From assembly GCF_009914755.1 (NCBI RefSeq), contig NC_060928.1: a DNA stretch of 64,000 nt. The stretch is one strand, 5' to 3'. Position numbers and translations under genes: made by a program. Source of the stretch: the human T2T-CHM13v2.0 reference genome, Homo sapiens. The notes beneath the pieces are model-generated. The model saw nothing but the letters and a program-made list of their open reading frames with translations. It was not told the origin of the DNA and searched no databases. How positions within the stretch are numbered: the first letter of the stretch is position 1; each line of letters opens with the position of its first letter. Shown piece after piece: positions 49,552-64,000 of the stretch.

Positions 49552-49727
49552 ATAGCTTTAATGCTTTCAGTGAGGTTTGTTTCAAAGGAGAGGAACTGTT
49601 TTCCTCTTTTTGTGAAGCCTCTAATCTCAGATGCTGCAGCAATAAAAATTTTCTCCTGAGGTGTGTTGATAACCCCTCCCAGTTCCAGCCTTGCAATCTT
49701 CGGCCCGGGTAAAGTCTTGAACACTGC
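49552..49727 (-). CDS. BBS7: BBS7 exon 4
   Basis: [58 protein letters not shown](M); 176 nt. Confidence 0.95.
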
Positions 49728-50569
49728 CTGAAAAAAATCATTCAGGAAAAAAGTACACAAATTACTTTATTGTGAGCATTTTTTCCTTTACAATAGAAAA
49801 TGTTATGATGTTAAATTTGCAAAATATTATAGTTCCACTATATAGAAATAATTTTAGATAATAATCTATATACTTCAGCAGGTCTTCAGGTTTTTTGCTA
49901 TACTTAACTTTTAAATATATATTCCCACACATATTTGAATGATGTCATTGAAATCTAAATCCTTGTAATTCAAAGTACAGTTCACTAAGCAGCAATGTTA
50001 GCATCACTAAATTTATTTAAAATGCAGCAGATCAACTGAATGAGAATCTGTATTTTAACAAGATTCCCCAGCTGGTTCCTATGCCTACTGAAGTTTTAGA
50101 GGCATTGGATTAACAATACTCCTACGAACAGGGAAGTCCATTTGGCAAATTCTTTAATGAGGTCCAATGAACATGTTTTTACACTTCAATCATCTTTTAA
50201 AACTAATCTTTCCTGGCTTCTTTACAATTTTTATAAATTTTAATAGTTAAAGGACTATAGAATTTACTGAAAATGTGAATGTATGACTTAATACCTATAA
50301 TCATATATCTATTTAACTGAAAACAATATTCATTTCATTAATTTTTTTGTGGTTATTTTCCATTTTATTATTTGCACCAGCTTCTTCTCCTCCACTTCCT
50401 CCCCATGACTTTATATACAGAGAATAAGATATCTGGGAGAATATGAATAATGGAAACACTGAGTTTCTGGTAGTTTTTATTCTCTTCATCTTTCTGGAAA
50501 TTCCATATAATATATAATGAATACTAGAATTCACATCTCAGACTCATCATTCTAAGTTTCTAATTATGA

Positions 50570-51060
50570 TCTGTAAATATGATAATGTAATAGTAATAAC
50601 TTCCTTGATTAGGTTAAATTAAGTGGAAAAGGTTGTGGGTTAGTTGCTTCCATGATTACATTATGCTACATAAGATTCTTTCTTAGCAGACTACAGAAAT
50701 TTCCTGCTGGCTTTGATGAATTAGATTACCATGTTGTGAGAAGGACTGTAAGAGAACCACAGAGCAAGAAATTGCAGAGACCTCAAGGAATTGAGAGCAG
50801 CCCCTGGTTTACAGATGTTAATAAAGTGGGGACCTCAGTCCTATAATAGCAAGGAACTGAATTCTGCAAACAACCACATGAGCTTGGAATAAGACCCCAC
50901 ACTCTAGAAAGGAACACAGCTCAGCTGACATCTAAATTGCAGCTGTGTGAAACCTTGAGCACAAACTCCTGTGCTACAGAAACTGTTAGATAATAAATGT
51001 GTGTTGTGTTAAGGCCCTAAATTTGGGGTAATATATTACACAGCATAGAAAAGTAACCCA
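50570..51060 (+). mobile_element. MLT1-type MaLR LTR
   Basis: gacctcagtcctataatagcaaggaactgaattctgcaaacaacc ... ataataaatgtgtgttgtgttaag. Confidence 0.7.
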
Positions 51061-51249
51061 CGACCACAGGATGCCAAAGGTGCCTTACAACTAGCTAGCA
51101 AATTACTTTTGTGCTACCCGCAGACTCATATCTCACATAACTACTTACCTCAGAACCCATTTTCCATTACCTGTATTTTAGGAAATTTTTAACCTAGTAT
51201 TATTCAATAAATAGTGCATTCTCTTTTAGAAAACCATTTTTCCCCTTCA

Positions 51250-51348
<99 letters not shown>

Positions 51349-51964
51349 CTAAAATTACTATTATTAATATTATGACCTAATAATTATATACAGGGAAAGC
51401 AAGATTCTTAATTTATAAATACTGACTTAATAGAGATCAGAAAATCTAGGAAAGACACCCCCACAAAAAATAATCCTCAAAAGAACAAGAGCCAAAAGAG
51501 AAGGATATGGAGAGTCATTAGAAAAGTAATTGGCCATAGATTTTGTTCCTATAATGTTAATAGGACAACACAATATATTTTGTTTTGCTTTTTTTCAACT
51601 TTTATTGTAGGTTCTGGGAGTCCACATGCAGGTTGTTACGAAGGTATACTGCCAGACAACAGTTATGGACAGAAATGCCTACAAAGTAATTTTTTTTTCA
51701 TAACTGGAGCATAAGAACATTTTAAGATTAACTTTTAAAACAGATTATCAAATAAAGTTGTGACTGACATATTTAATAATTTTAAACACCTTTTTTAAAA
51801 GAAAAATTTTAATGTATGAAAATGTACACAAAATATTATAATGAATTATCATGTGCCTATCACCTAGTTTCAACAATTACCAACATGTAGACAATGAATT
51901 GTTTTGAAATAAATATAGAGGGACATTTTAACACTTCTTCCTCAAAAGTAGATATCAAACAACC

Positions 51965-52750
51965 TTAGACCAGTTCCAGTACGTGGCCTGCTGGGTACCA
52001 GGCCACACAGCAGGAGGTGAGCAGCGGGAAAGTGATCATTTACAGACTGAGCTCCGCCTCCCGTCAGATCAGCAGCGTCATTAGATTCTCATAGAAGCAC
52101 AAACCCTATTGTGAACTGCGCATGGTTGTATGCTCCTTATGAGAATCTAACTAATGCCTGATGATCTGAGGTAGAACACAGTTTCATCCCAAAACAATCC
52201 CAGCCCCATTGGTGGAAAAACTGTCTTCCACGAAACTGGTTCCTGGTGCTAAAAAACTCTGGGAGCTCTGATTTAAGAAACTACTACTTATCAAGTTTAG
52301 GCATAGTATCAAACAGAGAGTCACAATCATCTGAAAAAGCTATTTAAATACCCCTCCTTATTTCCAGCTATGTATCTGTGTAAGCTGGATTTTCTTCAAA
52401 TATTTCAGCCAAAACAACATAGCACAGCAGATTGAATGCAGTAAACAAATATGAAAATCTATGTGTGTATGCTTATGCCAGGACATTAAACAAGTTGCAA
52501 AAAGTATAACATAATGACACTATACTCACTAAATTCTTTGTTTTGAAAAATAGTTATTTTTCATAAAGACATGTTATGTAAACATGTAATAATTTTTTTA
52601 AAATAAAATAGTTTAAGCATTTCTTAGTTTTCATTTTAATATAGTAAGTATTGATACATACAACTTACATAAACAAATGTTCTTTGGGATCCTCAATCAT
52701 TTAATTGTGTAAAGGGGTGCTGAGACCAAAAATTTTGAGAAGTGCTAATC
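51965..52750. mobile_element. MER1-like element (about 51965-52270) abutting a Charlie1-like fragment (about 52270-52750)
   Basis: gtcagatcagcagcgtcattagattctcatag and ggaaaaactgtcttccacgaaactggttcctggtgc (MER1-like); cagcagattgaatgcag (Charlie1-like). Confidence 0.65.
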
Positions 52751-52799
52751 TAGTAGACTTAATACAGTAAATGACAATCAGAAATCTGTTGGTTTATCT

Positions 52800-55505
<2,706 letters not shown>

Positions 55506-56028
55506 AATTGTTGATTCATCTTGCTAAAATGTTTATATATCAGGATAAAGTATTTTTTTGCAGCTATTAAAATATTTGGCTAGTCTACTAAGAAACTATA
55601 ATTGTTTTGTGGAAATCATAGGATCAACATTTCTTTAAACATAATCAATATTGTTAGTTAAGTACAGTTTAACATCAAAATATTTAATGACTTTAAAATA
55701 TGAGAAAGTTTAAAGAGAACATTTTCTTGATACCTTATTCTGCTTTATATTTCTTTTTTCATATACACATCTGACACACAGAAAAAATGGAGTATGGTTT
55801 TTAAGTTTGCCTACACTGTTTACTAATGGTATATAATAATTTTAATGTCCAAGAAAATTATTGTCTATAAATGTCCCTTGGTATTCCAGTTTCTGTTCAA
55901 ATTAAAAAATTCATTTCCATTTTAACATTAGCATTTTTAAGAGAATAACTTAATAATAAAGAAGGAAATAGGAGCCTCTCCTCTGTCACTGCTAGGGAAT
56001 AGTGGAGAAATCAGAATCTATACAGTAC

Positions 56029-56094
56029 CTTTTGTGTAGCTCTGTGTCTTGAGGCAGGAATTAGCTTCATAGTCTTCTGAGATGTTACTCCCAC
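56029..56094 (-). CDS. BBS7: BBS7 exon 2
   Basis: VGVTSQKTMKLIPASRHRATQK; 66 nt. Confidence 0.95.
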
Positions 56095-56449
56095 CTAAAG
56101 AAAAACACCAGATGCCTAGTGAATTTAATTTGAAGTTATTACAGAGATTAAAATAAGTTATAGTGAACCTTTTTGTTAAACTGAAATTAGTGATATAACT
56201 ATTATCAGTAATTAATTTATTTTCTAATGAGATATGTCATATTAGTCAGAATACATATAGGAAACAACCAAAATAGTAAAATTTATCCTATAAAGTTGTC
56301 AAGCCAAAAATAGTTGTGTAAGATGACTGGCAAGATGCTTTACTAAAAAATATCTCTAGAAGCCTTCTTTTCCAACTGCATACAGTTGTTCAGCAAAGTG
56401 ATTCAAGAACTTTGAAAATAGATTATAGTTATTAAAAATGCAACGGAAG

Positions 56450-57887
<1,438 letters not shown>

Positions 57888-57899
57888 GGTTTTCATTGC

Positions 57900-58760
57900 T
57901 TTTACCATGATCTGCCTGGTGCGGTACAGCTCACAGTAAGAAACAAGTGCCTGGTGCTCCGCAAAAGGGTCCGGGTAGAGATGGAGATTGAGGATTAGAG
58001 GCCCTCAGGCAGCCACGGCTAGGGAGGAGGAGAAGGGCCCTGGGGGGAATCCGGGATGAGACAGTGTCACATTTTCAGAGCATCCTCAGGACCCGGCAGA
58101 AGCCAGTACCGTGGGGGCTTGTGCCGCTTTTCCCCGGTCCCCTCGGACCGTCACAGACGAAAGGGAGCTGCCCAAAGGCGGGGTGCTGAGAGGTCGGCAC
58201 CCAGCCCGGCTCCTTCGCCTCCGCACCAGCTCCTGGCGACCGAGACTTTCGTCAGTGGAAGGAAGGAATCCTCTCCGGGTGCTGGGCTTGCCCAGCGCGG
58301 CGCCCGCCCTATCCCTTGGGTTTACCTGCAGATAATCCATTCGGTTTAAAATCAGATCCATGATGACTACGCGGAGGGGCTAAGCAGCGCCGGACAAGAA
58401 CAGGAGGGACAGAGGCTTCGGGCCCGCAGGCCTCCGACCCAGTCAGAAGGCTGCCCGCGCCCCTCAAAAGCCAGCCCCAGCTACCGCGCCTAGGTCCTGG
58501 GCTGCACAGGCGGGGCGACAGGGCAGTGGCGTCCTGCGTGACGTCAGTACGCTGCTGCGAGGGGCTCCTGGAAGAAGATGAAGGCCCGCCCCTTTCCCGA
58601 AGCACCGCCCACTGACAGCGTGTTCCAATCAGAGGCGGAGAGGAACAAAAGAGGCGAGGTCCGGGAGACCCATACAGGGCGGTTTCCACAGAGACCCCAG
58701 ACGCAGTCTTGGCTCCACCCTCACCGCGGCCCAGGGCTAATACTGGACTTCTTTCCTTAT
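57900..58760. promoter_or_regulatory. BBS7: CpG island / promoter of BBS7 with CRE and CCAAT
   Basis: GC/CpG-rich; perfect TGACGTCA at 58539-58546; CCAATCAG at 58625-58632; no TATA seen. Confidence 0.85.
58326..58361 (-). CDS. BBS7: BBS7 (Bardet-Biedl syndrome 7, BBSome subunit) exon 1 coding part
   Basis: Kozak context ATCATGG; MDLILNRMDYLQ; donor CAG|gtaaac; lies in a CpG island. Confidence 0.96.
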
Positions 58761-58867
58761 CGCTGTAGAAAAAACTAGATAAGCCTGCTAGATTCTGACC
58801 GATTTCACTCTGACATTGGAAAGGGTCCTACAAAGAATTAGGTTCCACCGTTATAGGTGCTAGCTTA

Positions 58868-61850
<2,983 letters not shown>

Positions 61851-62479
61851 TACTGACCCATAGTGACCCAGGATTTAAGAGCTGACATTCTTTGACTCAC
61901 TTTCATCGGTCCTTCCTTAATGTGCATAGAGCTCTGCCTGGGGAAATACAGATAAGTTCAGATACAGCTACTTTCCTGATTCTTGTGGTTTTTCTTTTTC
62001 TTTCTTTCTTTTTTTTTTTTTTTGTAGAGATGGAGTTTTGCCATGTTGCCCAGGCTGGTATTGAACTCCTGGGCTCGAGTGGTCCGCCCACCTCAGCCTC
62101 CCAAAGTTCTGGGATTACAGACATGAGCCACTGTGGTTTTCCAGGAAAGAGTTCACAAATAATTGTGAAACAAAAAGAATTAAATCCCTGAGAAGAGGTG
62201 CTTCTTAAGAAGAGAAGTTATTTACTGCAGCAATATCTGAAAAAGTTTTCCCTGTGTTCCAGACAATTATATCTCTGAGGCTAAAATAATCCCACATTAA
62301 AATAGACAATACATGTAGATGGGTTAGCTGTTCAGCAATTTGGGGGAAATATATATCAATTTAGATTCAAGAAAAAAATACAAATAAATTTTAGAAGTCA
62401 ACTGAAAAATAAAGCCATAGAAAAGACAGAAGAAAATAGAATTGTATAGCATTTTACAGAATTTTGGAGGTTGGAGGAT

Positions 62480-62852
62480 ATAGTATTAGTTTGCTAGGGC
62501 TGCCATAGCAAAGTAGTACACACTGGGAGGCTTTTCAACAACAGAAATTTATTTTCTCACAGTCTTGGAGTCTAGAAGTCATAGATCAAGGTGTCAGCAG
62601 GGAATAAAACCGATCTTCAGAGGCCTCTCTTCTTGGCTTATAGATCGTCATCTTCTCCGTGTCTTCACGTGGTCCTCCCTCTATGTCTGTCTGTGTCTCA
62701 TCTTGTCTTTTTATAAGCACACCAGTCATATTATCTCATTTTAAATTAATTACCTCTTTAAAGACCCTATCTCCAACTATAGTTATAGTCTGAGATACTG
62801 AAGGCGAGGACTTTAACATGAGTTTTGAGGGGACACAATTCAGCCCATAACA
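62480..62852 (-). mobile_element. MLT1A-like MaLR LTR
   Basis: tattagtttgctagggctgccatagcaaag ... ggggacacaattcagcccataaca. Confidence 0.75.
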
Positions 62853-63934
62853 GAAGGAAACTGATCTCAAAAGGAATAGAAGAAACCACAAAGGAAAAAA
62901 GCAGATATGGTGTTACATGCCTGTAGTCTCAGCTATTTGAAGGCTGAGGCTCAAGATTGCTTGAGCCCAACAATCCAGCCTGGGCAAAATAGCAAGGCCC
63001 CATCTCTAAAAAACAAACAAAAAACTAACTTAAAAAAAATGAAAAGTAAAGATAAACATTTCAATATGTCACAACAATGTTTAAATGAAAACAAAAATAT
63101 AGGAGAAAAGAGTTAATATCTTAAAAAATAGTTCATACAAATTAATAATGAAGAAATACTATGGTTCTAATAAATAGGTAAAAAAAAAAACACCAAAGAC
63201 AGACAATGCTGGCAGTGCTTACTTTCCATTTAGCAAGTGATGTCCACTGTTCAATTAATTGTGTAGAAGGAAAGTAAAAGTTTATTTTGAAGCTCAAATT
63301 TATTTTAAAACAGTGAAATGAGGCTATGATATAGCATCAAAACAATACAAAAAGTTTGCATAATATGATATTTGGAATTCTTTGATTTTGCATCTAAAAA
63401 TGCAATTTATTATTTTTAAAGTACATACTATGTTTTGTTTCTAAATGATTAGTAAAGATTTCAACCTACTAATTTTAAGTATTCCTCAAATAATTAATTA
63501 GCAGGGTAAGGAATTTTTATTCACAATAAAGAAAATGTCAAGTTAAATTACCACTGTGTGTCCTCTTTTTAAAGATGTTTTAGGGTATCAGAGACATCTT
63601 GGTGGTCTTTATAAAACTCAACAGAAGATGGCTGCCTCTCAGATGTGACAAAGACCACTTTAGAGACAAATTTGCAGAATTACCATGCACCTCAGTAATT
63701 TATAACCTTATGTTATGGTGCTAAAGCAACCATTATGAGTATAAGTTAAACAACTTATGGCTAAAAATAAAAGCAATTTAAACTGCATTAAAGTTAAAAC
63801 CATCAACACGCTAGTGGTGGTCAGCTGAGTGACTGAGTCATGAGTAAAAACATTAGTTTCCCCTAACACATGGTATAAATTTAGAAATTCTCAAACTCTT
63901 TTTTAAACTGAACAAAGTTATAAATACCCATTTT

Positions 63935-63965
<31 letters not shown>

Positions 63966-64000
63966 GTGGGGGGTGGTTCACTTTGTCACCCAGGCTGGAG

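Noticed and set aside
58056-58778. ORFs of 66-126 aa over the BBS7 CpG island
   Set aside because: GC-rich artefacts; the real frame is spliced after 12 codons.

Overview
Human (primate, Alu-rich) genomic DNA, recognisable as the 4q27 EXOSC9-CCNA2-BBS7 locus. It holds the last coding exons of EXOSC9 (+ strand, 1286-4908, including an Alu-derived 51-nt cassette exon), the complete CCNA2 gene (- strand, 8 exons, CDS 11680->5690, 432 aa) and the complete BBS7 gene (- strand, 19 exons, CDS 58361->13912, 715 aa). I placed every exon by hand from splice dinucleotides and frame continuity; the CCNA2 and BBS7 exon lengths sum to intact ORFs of 1299 and 2148 nt. The rest is introns and intergenic DNA full of Alu, L1, L2/MIR, MaLR LTRs and DNA-transposon fossils, and almost all ORF-track entries are repeat artefacts. 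I see no new multi-gene system. The most interesting signals are RNA-processing architecture: a U12-type (minor) intron in EXOSC9 with cryptic U2 acceptors inside it, the exonised Alu, convergent EXOSC9/CCNA2 3' overlap, BBS7 ending about 0.5 kb from the CCNA2 promoter, candidate cryptic or terminal exons in BBS7, and a tiny poly(A)-tailed hairpin insertion. Repeat subfamily names and literature links are from memory, not from database searches.
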